A stretch of DNA of 64,000 nt, from NCBI RefSeq assembly GCF_001194135.2, contig NC_068992.1:53977723-54041722 (forward strand). The letters run 5' to 3'. Source of the stretch: Octopus bimaculoides (lineage: Eukaryota). Under the pieces are notes generated by a model, which made no database searches, had not been told where the DNA came from, and saw only the letters and a list, made by a program, of their open reading frames with translations. The translations under genes were made by a program, and so were the position numbers. Shown here piece by piece: positions 1-14,132 of this stretch. Numbering within the stretch: position 1 is the first letter of the stretch; each line of letters starts with the position of its first letter.

Positions 1-127
1 TAATGAAATCCTATACATCGCTAAATCCAACAGAAGACAACGGATATTTGAAATAATCCCGACGCATGCTTCTGGAATATCAATAGATTATACGAACCCA
101 GATACACACATATAAGAATATACATAC

Positions 128-167
<40 letters not shown>

Positions 168-2027
168 GCATTGTTATATACACACACACATACACATATA
201 TATATATAAATGTATAACAATGTATACATTGAAACACAAACATTCTCTCTATATATGTTTGAGAGATACTGTACGTGTGCGTCTGTACGTATTTACGTAA
301 GGACGTGTGTATTAATGTGTGAACGTTTATGTAACAGGCTAAATTCTGTATGAACCTACCCACGTGTTTTTTATAGCGACACTTCTGATCTATATGAATA
401 TGTGTTTGTGTAGTATATGTGTGTGTGCGTATGTTCATATTTATATATATATATGTGTGTGTAAGTAAGTGTGTATGTATGTGAGTTATGTAGTGGTGAA
501 TGCATGTATATGTGTATAGTTGTTATGCGCGTAGAATAATAAAATCTTGTCAGAGTAAACAAGTGGGAATAAACAAGGAGCAAAGCATTACTTTTCATTT
601 TATATCTTATCGTTCTCGTATATGTAATTATACTCGGTATGGTGTGTTATAATAATGTTACTGTCAGTGCTGACATTGCAAGTGATTCTGTGTTGTTTTT
701 ATTTGTATCTCTTACATATATATTGCTGTGCTTTCAACTACTCCACTATTTTTTGACGTCATTTTTTATTCATCATGCATTAGATTGTGCTGTTTTGAAG
801 TAGGTGTGAACGAATTTTATTATGTGACGGCAGTTTGAAATAAGCTCTTTATTATTTTTTTTTTAACACTTGGTGTAGAGTAGTGAATAATGTGAAATGT
901 TTTCGCAACACATGTCGGTTGGTAACTTATGTAGTACTGCCAATAAAAGGGTTGTAGTTTTTTCACTTATTTATCTACACACGGTGTGAACTCTTGTACT
1001 GCAGATAATTAAATGCCAGTTTCCATTCTTTATTTTACTACTTTGTGTCTGCTTCTATGGTTTTTGTTTTAGGGTAAAGAATTACCTACGAATACTTTAT
1101 TCTGATATTGAAGGAAACAAAAAGTGAATATATTCTTGTTACTGATTCTCTAAGATATCTAGAATACAGTTTTACAAATCCCGTTTAAGAACTTCATTGT
1201 TCTAATTGAACTCATGTTCCCTAATTTCAATGTTGAATATAATAATAACGAGGCCGAAATATACGTTGATAGACTTACTAACTGTCCTATATTCGATGCA
1301 CCAAGAGATAGACTAAGAGAGAAAGTGCGAAAGAAACATATATAGAGGAAAAGACAAGCTAAGCTCATTCGTCAATGAATATTCTTGAAGCTCCAACTAT
1401 TATATAAGAGCATGACGTCATGAGCAGATAAAGAGCGGACACATACTCCCTTCTGTAACTCTACTTTAGTTTTCATAGCTTACGTCTTCAACTGGTTTCA
1501 GTCATAGGCTTGGGGAATGTTGGGATGCCACGTTCAAAGGTTTTCTCCATTTACAATTACGTCTATAGGCATCTTCTTGAATTAAAGATCAAGACAGGAA
1601 ATCAAAAGATTCTCTAGAGATTTAGCGTCTTAGCACACAAACTCACGTTAACTCGGCTCAATAGCTGTTATATATANNNNNNNNNNNNNNNNNNNNNNNN
1701 NNNNNNNNNNNNNNNNNNNNNNNNNNNNNNNNNNNNNNNNNNNNNNNNNNNNNNNNNNNNNNNNNNNNNNNNNNNNNNNNNNNNNNNNNNNNNNNNNNNN
1801 NNNNNNNNNNNNNNNNNNNNNNNNNNNNNNNNNNNNNNNNNNNNNNNNNNNNNNNNNNNNNNNNNNNNNNNNNNNNNNNNNNNNNNNNNNNNNNNNNNNN
1901 NNNNNNNNNNNNNNNNNNNNNNNNNNNNNNNNNNNNNNNNNNNNNNNNNNNNNNNNNNNNNNNNNNNNNNNNNNNNNNNNNNNNNNNNNNNNNNNNNNNN
2001 NNNNNNNATGTATAGATAGGTAGATAG

Positions 2028-2041
2028 GGGGAGAGATAGAC

Positions 2042-2118
<77 letters not shown>

Positions 2119-2130
2119 TACAAGCAGATA
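2028..2130. repeat. (GATA)n microsatellite
   Basis: Direct inspection; similar tracts at about 6760-6830, 15873-15990 and 43078-43160. Confidence 0.95.
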
Positions 2131-3113
2131 GATAGATTGAAGGACTCTTTGGATTTCTCGTTTACAAAACTCCACTCATCGAGAAGTCATCAACCTGAAA
2201 CTAGAGCAAAAGACATTTACCTAAAATCTTGTTCTGTTGAATCGCACCAGGAACCGCCTCGTTGCGAAATTATCTCCTTAACCACATGACTATGTCTCAG
2301 GTTTTTATCTAACTGTTGCAACCAAATAATTCGTATTTAAACATGCTGACTTGCAGCCTCTAAATCAAGAGATTGATGCATTTAATGGTAATATCTAGAT
2401 CACATTTCTAAAATTACAGGTAGTAAATTACAGTTATTAATTAACGTTTTAACGAATAAATTCTATGACGTACAAATGTCTTGTGTTCGTGAGTATGCAT
2501 ATGACTGTTATATGTGTGTGCGTGTGTGTGTGTTGTGTGAGTGTGTATGTTTGTTCGCATTAGAGAAAGGTGCGGAGAGAATTTGTGCACACGAGAGAGA
2601 GAAATCGATAAAAGAGAACAAGAAGACAGTGAAATATCGGGAGTCGGGGAGAAAAAGAAGGGTGGGTATTAAGTAACCAAATATTAAATAAGCTTTGAAT
2701 TACGAACTGCTACTGATGCCTCGTAAGTGGTTAAATTGAACCTTAATTAATGTAAATGTAGCCATGCTTCAGTTAGATGCAATCTGTGTGAAAATTGGCT
2801 CCGGAAACAAATGCAAACGTGACAAATCAAGCTTAAAGACCGGTTCTGCGTTTCTCGTTTTCTCATCTAACCTTAGATATGCTAATTGCTTAACATATGG
2901 ACCATTTATCGAAATATTACTTCACTTGTGGTTTCGATGGACAATCCACTTAGAGTAACTTGCCAAATGCTCCAAGCCTGCCTATGAAATCATTATAACG
3001 TTGATAGAAAACGGAGTGAGTGGAGGTGTTGATATTAATACTGGTACGTTCAAAAAATCAGTCACTGTCTTTCGTTCTTCTTCGCTCTCCTACCTTCTTT
3101 CACTCACTACTAT

Positions 3114-3165
<52 letters not shown>

Positions 3166-3613
3166 NNNNNNNNNNNNNNNNNNNNNNNNNNNNNNNNNNN
3201 NNNNNNNNNNNNNNNNNNNNNNNNNNNNNNNNNNNNNNNNNNNNNNNNNNNNNNNNNNNNNNNNNNNNNNNNNNNNNNNNNNNNNNNNNNNNNNNNNNNN
3301 NNNNNNNNNNNNNNNNNNNNNNNNNNNNNNNNNNNNNNNNNNNNNNNNNNNNNNNNNNNNNNNNNNNNNNNNNNNNNNNNNNNNNNNNNNNNNNNNNNNN
3401 NNNNNNNNNNNNNNNNNNNNNNNNNNNNNNNNNNNNNNNNNNNNNNNNNNNNNNNNNNNNNNNNNNNNNNNNNNNNNNNNNNNNNNNNNNNNNNNNNNNN
3501 NNNNNNNNNNNNNNNNNNNNNNNNNNNNNNNNNNNNNNNNNNNNNNNNNNNNNNNNNNNNNNNNNNNNNNNNNNNNNNNNNNNNNNNNNNNNNNNNNNNN
3601 NNNNNNNNNNNNN

Positions 3614-3653
<40 letters not shown>

Positions 3654-3672
3654 TATAAACATATACAGTTAT

Positions 3673-3705
<33 letters not shown>

Positions 3706-4074
3706 TGTGTGTGCGCGTGTAAATATTTATTTTTCTCTCTGGGAAGGAATGCGCATATCAGAATAATCGACCCATGGCTTTCCCAAAATACGCGTTCAGC
3801 ATTTAAAATAACTTGTAAACATTATTTCCACATACTATAATATTTTTATAATATAATGCATAGTGCATGTGTGTAATTTTAGTGTAGAGTTGTATTTTTG
3901 CATCCATACACAAATAAGTCTGCGTGTGAATAACCGTATGTGTGAGTTTTGCTAAATTGTTAAATGTTTTTCTTTTTACCCACTTTTAATAAAGCATGAT
4001 TACTTTCTGTAGTAATGTTTTGTGCATATTATCATATATTTATATATTATATATATTCTCTATTTCTCTCTCTT

Positions 4075-4121
<47 letters not shown>

Positions 4122-4148
4122 TTCTCTCCATATATATATATATATATC

Positions 4149-4191
<43 letters not shown>

Positions 4192-5284
4192 TCTCTCTCT
4201 CTCATTATCTTTAGTTTATACATTCTCATATCTTTTCTCCCAATTCCATTAACCTCGGTCACTTCAAATCTTTCTTCTTTCCTTCTTTTTCCTTCTCTCT
4301 CTTTCTCTTTTTTTATCGCTTCTAATTCACATACACACAGAAACACGCGCAGATACACTCTCCCTCTATTTCTACCCTCTTCTTTCTTTTCTCTCTCTCT
4401 GTCTCTCTCTCTCACACACACTTTCTCTCCCTCATAAACACATACCAGTATAAAAAAAAAAAACAACACTAAGACGTTATTTTAACGCGCAATATTTTTA
4501 TTTAAGCGACACAATTTTAACTTGGCTTCTTGCCATTTTCACAGTTGATTCTTCTTCTTAAGATGAAAAGTCTGTCTAGTTGTCCTATGAACAATAAACC
4601 AGACAATTTGTTTGGAATAATTTAAAGCCAGGAACGTGAACACATTTTTATTGACGAGGTCACCGATTGGCAGTTCTATTTTGTTGCGCACATATTCATT
4701 ACTGATTATAAAGAAGCAAAACGGAAAGGTAGAACACTTCCTTGCTTATTGGCTCTGCCTTTCGTTTATAAAAATCAGGCAAACGTTTTCTTTCTTTGCA
4801 AAAGGAAAGTGCATATCAAACGTTTATACATGAGGGCTGGTAGTGAAAAATCCTTCGAGTAATTCGGAAATGAAGAACCACAATGCCAAACATTCTTTGT
4901 ATGTGTGTTAGTTCAAAGAGACAGCAAACATGTAATGGTTTTGTTAGGATTTACTGAGGTAAATAAGAACGCGAAAGTTATGTGTAAATGTACGTCCGTC
5001 TGAAATCTCAAATGCATTCTCTGTTCTGTTGATGCCTCCTGGCGAAGAAGTACGATCTCCCAAGACATATAAATAGAGGTAGCCTGGCTGTGGTAGGAGT
5101 GTCGAGTAGCAGTTGAGTAGCAGTTGTGTAGCGGTTGAGTAGAGATCATCCGAAGGTGCTAGATAGCAGTAGCCTGAGACATAACATTCTCCATGAACGA
5201 ATAAGCACGTCATTTAACGTACAAAATAAAAATAGTTTTCAAATTCTAGCACACACAGCAAGCAATTTTTCTAAATAGGGCAAC

Positions 5285-5447
5285 GTGATTACATCAATCC
5301 TAGTGCTCAACTGATACTTATATCGTCGACCCTAAAAGCTTGAAAGTCAAAGTCGACCCCTGCAGCATTTGAAATCGGAACATAAAGCGAGACGAAATGT
5401 TGTGCGCATTTTGCGTAATGAGCTAACGATTCTACCCGCTCACACCT
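5285..5447 (-). mobile_element. SINE family B, degenerate
   Basis: CGACCCTAAAAGCTTGAAAGTCAAAGTCGACC...CTAACGATTCTACCCGCTCACACCT aligns to the family-B consensus seen elsewhere in the window. Confidence 0.75.
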
Positions 5448-6664
5448 AAACGGGCAAAGAAATAATAGTTACTTACTCAATTGATAGTATTTAGGAAATG
5501 GAAACCTACGTAATGAATGACGTAGGTACGGGCGTTTGTTGGATGCTAGCTTCGAAATCACGTGCTTCCGGGTTTAACACACCAACGACACAAAAAGATT
5601 TCAATGACGTTGGTTTGAAAGTGATTCTGCTAACAGCAGTTGGATAAGCTGTAATTAGTTTTTTTATGGTAGACCTTATCTGTCGACCAATTTAACACCA
5701 GCACTTAGTCTTTAGGTGTTGCAAACTTATTGAATTGGTATCATGAGAAATGGCTTCTATCTTCCACATTTTTCGCCTACAAGTAGTATGCAAGAAACGA
5801 AAGAAATTTGGCAGTGTTCTTTATTTTTTAACAAAACAATTTGTTGTGGATATGCATGTATGTACGTGTAATCTTAATGCACGAACATGCATACATATAT
5901 GCATACATACATACAAACATAAATACATACATACATATATGTATATATACATTTATGTATTGATATACATATATGTATATGTATGTATATATTTGTTATG
6001 TCTTTGATGTGTGTGTCTATGTGCTCTCGTGTGATATATATAATTATGTGTGTGTGTTTGTGCGTGCTCGTATGTATATGTGTTTCCCTGTTTCTATGAT
6101 GAAAAACATATATTCCAACGTAAATAGTGACATACATGCGTTCGCTTATGTTTTAGTTTATTGCTGAGAAAAATGACAATCGAAAGTGGCATTAACAGAG
6201 AGCAGAATCTATCTGAAAAGTTGTTATAATACTAACGTCTAAACCAATAACAGTAAGACAAAATAAGACAACGCATCACTTGCTGACAGCATTACTGTAC
6301 AACGATCTATATGACTCTATGTAGTATGTTCTTGGTTGTAATATTTATTTCATTGACATTTCAAGTTAGTTTTACATAACTAGATATCTGCTAGACAATT
6401 GGTATATTGATGACGTACGAGGAAGCATATGTGTGTGTGTGATGTGTGATGTGTATGATGTGTGATGTGTGTTTGTATGCGTGTATGTATGTGGGAGTTG
6501 ACTATATATGTGTGTGTGTGTGTATTCACATGTGTATATATCCGTCTAGTTATATCCATCTGTCTGTTTTATATATCTCCATTTATTTGTCGTTCTCTCT
6601 TTATATGTGATAGTCTATATTTCGCCCTCACTCTACTCAGCTATCCTTCTGACTATCTACTTAT

Positions 6665-6712
<48 letters not shown>

Positions 6713-6759
6713 ACGTATGATGAATAAACATGTATGTACGTACTTATATATATATATAT

Positions 6760-6830
<71 letters not shown>

Positions 6831-6833
6831 TAG

Positions 6834-6867
<34 letters not shown>

Positions 6868-8130
6868 ATATGTAGAGCTTTATATATTTTATTTATTATA
6901 TGTATTTATGCAAACACCCACACACACGCGCGCACAGACACATCTATCGATTTATAAGTCTTTTCATGTATTTATTTTGTATTTCCCTTTACCTGCCGCG
7001 TTTCCACCCTCATGCTGTTGTATCATTGCATTTATGTATTTTTCATAGAAGAATTTTATGTGTCTATAGAATGCACGATAAATAATTGACTAGAATGATT
7101 GATGAAGACGGATAGCCAAGGGCAAAGAGAAATTCTGTATGCGAGAAAACATTATTGCACATGCGCACACCGACTGTTACTAGTCCAAATAGTATAAGTA
7201 GAAATTTTTCAATACAGCTTGCTTGTAACAAGTACACCATAATGACAATAAATTTTAAACACTTAGAAATGATAATGAAAGAAAATTGTAAAACCAGGGC
7301 GTGATAATCATAGCCGTTAAGCTTAGTGAATTTCACTTGTATTCTAATATATGTGCGAGCGAATGATGCCAATATAAATTAAAAAGTATATTAATTGCAT
7401 CGACATAGCTAAATGAAGCTAATTCGAAAATATGTTTAATCTAATATAGAGAATGGCATAAATGAATGATATATTTATAGCTGTAACAATATAGCGTTAT
7501 ATATGGTTTCAACTGTGTCTCTGGAACGAAGATTAGATTTAAATTACCGAATAAAGAATTAAGTAAATTTTCATTGACTGACTTACCCAATGGGTCCTTC
7601 CTTACTTTTATATATCATAAATTTGAGGTCGACGTAACAGATATAGAAGCAAACTTCTTGGTTCTTGGAAATCTGAAGAGAATCATATGAGCAAAATTTA
7701 CTGATTCGTAGCAATCTTGAATTGATAGCTATTCTGTCAGTAAGACTTCAGAAACCAAAGCTGAGATTCAGTTTTTTCTCAAGATTACCACCCAACTCTT
7801 TATTGAAATGTAGATGATATATAGTAAGCGGCACAGCAAGACCGAGCAAACCAATTTCCTGATTGTTATCAACAAATATACAATGGCTAAAGATTTTCAA
7901 AGGCGTTGAATCACTGGCATAAATGTTTGTAATTAAACTATGTCTATAAAGCTACACGTGATCGCTCAGAATTTCAAAATAACACACGACGCCTTGGTTT
8001 ATGATCGTAGTAACCAATCTGTATCGGCCAGATAGTAGAAGCTGCGAAACATGGGTTTATATTGGGTAAATATTTAAAATAGCTTGTTAACAGGCAGAAA
8101 GAACACATTGGAATCCTTAACTCGTAATCT

Positions 8131-8300
8131 TTTACTTGTTTCAGCAATGCCTTGAAGGATTAGTCCAACAAATCGACACCAATGCTAATTATAAGTCTGG
8201 CATTCATTCTCTAGGTCTCTATTGTCGAACAACTTAAGTAAACAAACCAGTACGGCTTGTTAAGGCTATGGGAGGGCAATCATAAACACAAAGACCGCTT
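8131..8300 (-). mobile_element. SINE family A, 3' half, decayed
   Basis: CTTTTACTTGTTTCAG...AAATCGACACCAATGC...CTCTATTGTCGAAC is the reverse complement of the family-A tail. Confidence 0.65.
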
Positions 8301-9071
8301 ACAAACATAGACATACATCCGCATTCACAGACACGTATATATGTATATATATAACCCTAGACAGCCGGGTGAGAGCCACCAACGAGCATTAATTAAGTGC
8401 GAAATCACTGTATGGAGCTTGCCTCCCTTGTCAGTCATACGACAAGTGCCTTCTCGTGGCTAAGAGTTGTTTTGACTATTATTTCTTGCAATGTTGACGC
8501 AGACTAGTACCCGTAGTCACTTTAGCGACGTCTACACTTCTACATTTCCGTTATAAATGAGAATAAGCTTCCTTTATTATTTATAATTTTCACATTTAGG
8601 AAATCAGCGTATGATTTCTACGGTAACTCTTACAAACTGACAAGGTGAGCTAGCTTAACCCTGGACAGCCGGGTGACGCACAGGAAAAATTGAAAAGTCT
8701 TTTACGTTTCGAGCCTACGCTCTTAAACACATATATATGTGCGACACGCTTGTTCCCTCTTCCAAACTACCAAATCTAATCGGTTCAACTTTTTGTCAAC
8801 CACATAGCTATACGTTGCCTGTAATAGAAATATCTTTCGTTTCATTTTATAAAAAATCAATGTTTGAGACAATTGTAAAGAAAACTCTTTTCTAGAAACT
8901 AACAGTTAGACATTGTCCCAAAGTCTGTGTTCACTATGTTTATGATAAAAGAGGATGGGATGTAATGCCTAATGAAAAATGGGACCCCACATCATACATC
9001 CTTTCATCCTCTGCTCACTTCGATTTGATTTACGTTGAATGGTGGTACATAAAATACTTTTGCAGAAGATA

Positions 9072-9212
9072 CGTGTGTTCTTTCACGGCTCAAGTTTAAA
9101 TTCCCAGCAGGGTGTCCTTTGCATTTTATTCTGCCAAGATCAATAAAATAAGTACCAGGCACGTGCTGGAAAAGGTTCAATCGACGATATTTCCTCCCCA
9201 TCGCCGCCACAG
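9072..9212 (+). mobile_element. SINE family B fragment
   Basis: TCAAGTTTAAATTCCC...TTTGCATTTTATTC...ATAAAATAAGTACCAG. Confidence 0.65.
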
Positions 9213-9286
9213 GCAAGAAAATGCGTGCCTTTCGAATCTCAATAAATATATCATTGTTTAAATACATACATACACACGCACACGTG

Positions 9287-9320
<34 letters not shown>

Positions 9321-9521
9321 NNNNNNNNNNNNNNNNNNNNNNNNNNNNNNNNNNNNNNNNNNNNNNNNNNNNNNNNNNNNNNNNNNNNNNNNNNNNNNNN
9401 NNNNNNNNNNNNNNNNNNNNNNNNNNNNNNNNNNNNNNNNNNNNNNNNNNNNNNNNNNNNNNNNNNNNNNNNNNNNNNNNNNNNNNNNNNNNNNNNNNNN
9501 NNNNNNNNNNNNNNNNNNNNN

Positions 9522-9553
<32 letters not shown>

Positions 9554-9598
9554 CGTACGTCTCTGTATATATATGCATATACATTTGTATATATACAT

Positions 9599-9632
<34 letters not shown>

Positions 9633-10129
9633 GCATATACGTGTGTGTGTAAGCAGAGACACGTATGCAAATGTGTGTACGTATGTATCATTGTTTATAC
9701 ACATACATATACACAAGCACAAACATACATACACATATGCATACATACACACACATGCATACATACATACATACGTGCATACGCATAGATCGTTAGCGAT
9801 GAAAACACGTCAAATAAACACGTATTCACATGAAAAATGTCCATATGCTATAGTATCTAATATGTGTACGTACACGTACTTCTGTATAAAACTCGGTGTA
9901 GCTCTGCGTGTATGGTAGTTTCTCATTATGTATGGGTGTATATCTATATATATGTATTTATACTATGTATGTATGTAATGTTTGAGTGCCTGTTTATGTC
10001 GATGTAAGGAAAACAGGAAGAAAAAAATAGACAGTGTCGAAAGGAAGCTATAAAACATTGAAGTCTGTATGTATTGTTAGTTAACATGAAAGATATTGTT
10101 GGCGAAGGAATTATTTCAGAGGCGATGGA

Positions 10130-10912
10130 GTTGGTGGTGGTAGTGGTGGTAGTGGTGGTGGTAAATGGTGGTATTACTGTAGTAGGTGGTAGTGAAGTCG
10201 ATAATGGCGTGTTGTTGTTGTTGATGATGATGGCGGTGGTGGTCGATGGCAGCGGTAATCTTGTTGTTTCTTGTGGTCGTTGTTCATGTCTTTGGTGGTG
10301 GTCGTTGTGTCGTGGTTGTGGTGGTGGTGGTGGCGGTGGTAGTGGTGGTAGTGAAGGTGGTAGAGGTTTTNNNNNNNNNNNNNNNNNNNNNNNNNNNNNN
10401 NNNNNNNNNNNNNNNNNNNNNNNNNNNNNNNNNNNNNNNNNNNNNNNNNNNNNNNNNNNNNNNNNNNNNNNNNNNNNNNNNNNNNNNNNNNNNNNNNNNN
10501 NNNNNNNNNNNNNNNNNNNNNNNNNNNNNNNNNNNNNNNNNNNNNNNNNNNNNNNNNNNNNNNNNNNNNNNNNNNNNNNNNNNNNNNNNNNNNNNNNNNN
10601 NNNNNNNNNNNNNNNNNNNNNNNNNNNNNNNNNNNNNNNNNNNNNNNNNNNNNNNNNNNNNNNNNNNNNNNNNNNNNNNNNNNNNNNNNNNNNNNNNNNN
10701 NNNNNNNNNNNNNNNNNNNNNNNNNNNNNNNNNNNNNNNNNNNNNNNNNNNNNNNNNNNNNNNNNNNNNNNNNNNNNNNNNNNNNNNNNNNNNNNNNNNN
10801 NNNNNNNNNNNNNNNNNNNNNNNNNNNNNNNNNNNNNNNNNNNNNNNNNNNNNNNNNNNNNNNNNNNNNNNNNNNNNNNNNNNNNNNNNNNNNNNNNNNN
10901 NNNNNNNNNNNN

Positions 10913-10952
<40 letters not shown>

Positions 10953-13048
10953 CGACGACGACGAAGCGGATGATGATGAAGGTTGTGATGAGGATGATGT
11001 CTGTCGGTGATGATTACCACATCGATGACGATGATGCTGATCATGCTGATGATGATATGATGATGCTGACGATGACAACGATGACAAAGGTAGCGTTGAT
11101 GCCGACGGCAAGAATGATGAAGATGACGGAGATGATGATGACAACGACGACGACAATGATGATGGTGATGATGATGATGATGATGATGGTGGTGATGATG
11201 AAGGGGAAGATGGTGTCGACAACAGTGGTGAATTTGATGACAAAGGTGGTAAGGATGGTGATAGTGTGGGTGGTGAGATATCGTTCGTTGTGCGTAGCAG
11301 TTGTGATGGTGGTAGTACTGGAAGTGTTGGAGGAGGGGAGGGGAAGAGGAGGAGTAGGAAGGAAGGGAGAAGGAGGAGGAGTAGAAAGAAGTGGAGGAGA
11401 GGTGAGGATGGAGGAGGAATGATGGCGGTGGTGGAGGAGAAGTAGGAGGGGGGAAGAGGGGGGAAGAAGTTGAGAAGGAGAAGTGAATGAGGTGTAGGAG
11501 GAGATGGAGGAGGCGGAGGCGGAGGCGGAGGTGGAAAAGGAGGAGTACGAAGTCAGGAGAAGGTGGAGGAGGAAGAGGAGGAGAAAGGGAAGCGAACAAG
11601 AAGAGGAGGCGTAGCGGAAGAGGGTAAGGTAGAGAAGAGGAGGAGGAAGGGAGGTGAGGGAGGAGAGGAGGAGAAGGTGGAATGAGAAGGGGACGGGAAA
11701 GAAGAGAAGAGGAGGAAGAGAAGGAGGAAGGGGAGATGGTCATGATGATGATGATGAGGAGGTGGAGGACAGGAGGAGGAGGAGGAGGAGGAGGAAGAAG
11801 AAGAAGAAAAAGAAGAAGAAGAAGAAGAAGAAGAAGAAGAAGAAGAAGAAGAAGGAGAGGGAGAAGAAGAAGAAGAAGAAGAAGAGTTAGGGCTGAGCAC
11901 TGAGTGTTGTTTGCGTGCGTTAAAACAACAAGACAACAAATAAAAATGGCTTGTTGTAACGAACTGGAACCGTCCATATATTTCTTGCGAAATGTTTCAC
12001 ACACGTGTGAACAGTTCCTCCTCAAAGACAACTACCAAACCCACACAAGTCAAAGAATTTCGTTAACAACATATTAGAAATGATCCAACTACTTCGCGGC
12101 ATCGCGCTTGCTTTGTGATAAATACTTTTGTTCAGTTTTCTTTTTTTTTTTTTGCTCTTGTCTTTGTTTTCTTTGTTCTTTTGTTGTTGTAGATCGGATT
12201 TGTTGATGGAGATGTGGTTGTCGGCGATGGCAATAAGGTTCATGGTTGTTGTAGATAGGGGTGGGGTGCGGCTACGGTGAGGTGGTGGTTTTTTTGTGGG
12301 AAACGGTGAAGGGACGTTTGCGGGATTATTGGTGGGACGGAGTACGGGTGGTGGCGGCAGTGATGGTGTGGTGGTGGTGGTGGCCGTGGTGTTGGCGTTA
12401 TTGTTGTTGTTGTTGTTTGTGGTGGTGGTGATGCTAGTTGTGGCGGTGGTGATGGTCGTGGCGGTCGTCGTCATTGAATTCATTAATTGCAGGTGAAGAT
12501 GGAGCGAATAGAAACGGAAAGGTGGAAGAACAGAGGAGGAGAAGGGAAGGGGAAAAAAACATGCCTTGCTAGACTATGATTATGATGATGATGATGATGA
12601 TGAAGATGGTTGTGGTGGAGGTGGTGAAGAAGATCGGCTCTATGACAATAATAATAACGATGAACATGATCATATTCATGTTACTGTTGTTGTTGTTGAT
12701 ACTGGTGGTGATGATGTCCATCATAATCGTAATGATGAGGATGTTGATGATGATGAGGAGGAGGAGGAGGAGGAGGAAGACAACGATAGTGATGGTTTTG
12801 GTGATGACAGTGTTGATGATAAAGATCATGATGATGATGACGACGACGACGACGACGACGACGATGATGATGATGATGATGATGATGATAATGACGACGA
12901 GGATGACAATGATGATGATGATGATGACGACGACGTCGATGACGATGATGATGATGATGATGATGGTGATGATGATAACAATGACGATAACGATGATGAC
13001 GATGATAGTGATGATGACAACGACGATGGTGACGGTGATGACAATGGC

Positions 13049-13079
<31 letters not shown>

Positions 13080-13080
13080 G
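10130..13080. repeat. Compound trinucleotide repeat field: (GGT)n, (GAT)n, (GGA)n, (GAA)n, (GTT)n, with a gap and a unique island at about 11890-12300
   Basis: Directly visible; the plus strand is strongly C-poor; nearly pure purine tract at about 11330-11885. Confidence 0.95.
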
Positions 13081-13985
13081 CGGACTTTAACACAGACGTT
13101 TACTATTTTCTACGGTTTTTTTTCTCTTTTTGCATATCTGCTGTGTTGCTTATATGTACTATTAATAGTAACTGAAACGACGTGGGGGGGGGGCACAAAA
13201 AGAAGATGAAAATAGAAATGTTTCCCAAAAAAGAAAAAACAAAAGCAAGGAATAATTTGAATGCTTAAAACATATGTTATATAATTGGGTACAATTACGT
13301 ATGTATTTAGCCTAAAGCAGTTAAAATTTCATTTTGAGAAATTCCCAAACAAATTTAGACAAACATTTTTAATATTAAACAATTTATGTGAAAACCTTCA
13401 AAGTACGAAGCAAAGAAGGGAAATTAAATTAAAAATGAATAATCAAAACTGAAAAAAAATCTTACTAAAATTAGTGGGAAACAAAAAAACAAAAATGGAT
13501 GTAAAAACGATGGAAGAAAAGCCCCGCAAAAACTAACAAAGAAAGGAATTTTCTAAATGAAAACTCTTTGCAAATATTCCAACACATTCATTAGCAGATT
13601 CTTATTTTCTCTTGTTCCACAACAGATGCCTTTTTATTGCAGCGTTCCTTTAATATTCTTTATCAATGTTATGTTTGTATGTTTGTGCTTTAATAAACTA
13701 GATGTTAACGTAATAGTATATATGATGGGAAGGGGTTTGGCAAACGATATCATTTGTACGGCTTTTATATGCATATTTTGTCTGTGTATGTGTGTGTGTG
13801 TGCATCTGTGTGTGCGATTGGGTGTGCACATATTGTTTTCCCTAATTTTTTTATATGTTGTTTTATGTTATTTATTCCTCAACATTGAAGATATATTGCA
13901 AACGTTAATACATAGCAGCAAAGTATGCGTGTATACCTACATACGTCTGATTATGTATGTATATATATATATATATATATATATG

Positions 13986-14019
<34 letters not shown>

Positions 14020-14074
14020 TATATGTATATATTTATAGGCGTGCATCTGTATGAGCACATATATATATTATATA

Positions 14075-14132
<58 letters not shown>

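Noticed and set aside
4944-5150. Possible third PLE C-terminus (YVLGDRTSSPGGIN) on the minus strand next to an 11-bp tandem repeat
   Set aside because: The similarity to LGTLxPxGIN is too short, and no upstream GIY-YIG motifs or ribozyme were found.
8600-8644. 45-nt micro-exon candidate (TTTAG ... AAG|gtgagc)
   Set aside because: Only a phase 2-2 frame is open, the peptide is unrecognisable, and it lies within the repeat-bracketed segment.
9944-12031. 695-aa Leu/Pro/His-rich minus-strand ORF
   Set aside because: It spans a 542-nt gap, and the G-poor strand rarely forms stops; the poly-Leu run after the start is not protein-like. Only the unique island is kept as a low-level finding.
12566-13090. 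174-aa Asp-rich ORF reminiscent of acidic biomineralisation proteins
   Set aside because: No ATG, signal peptide or in-frame acceptor (stops at 12494 and 12509); (GAT/GAC)n repeats are inherently stop-free in this frame.
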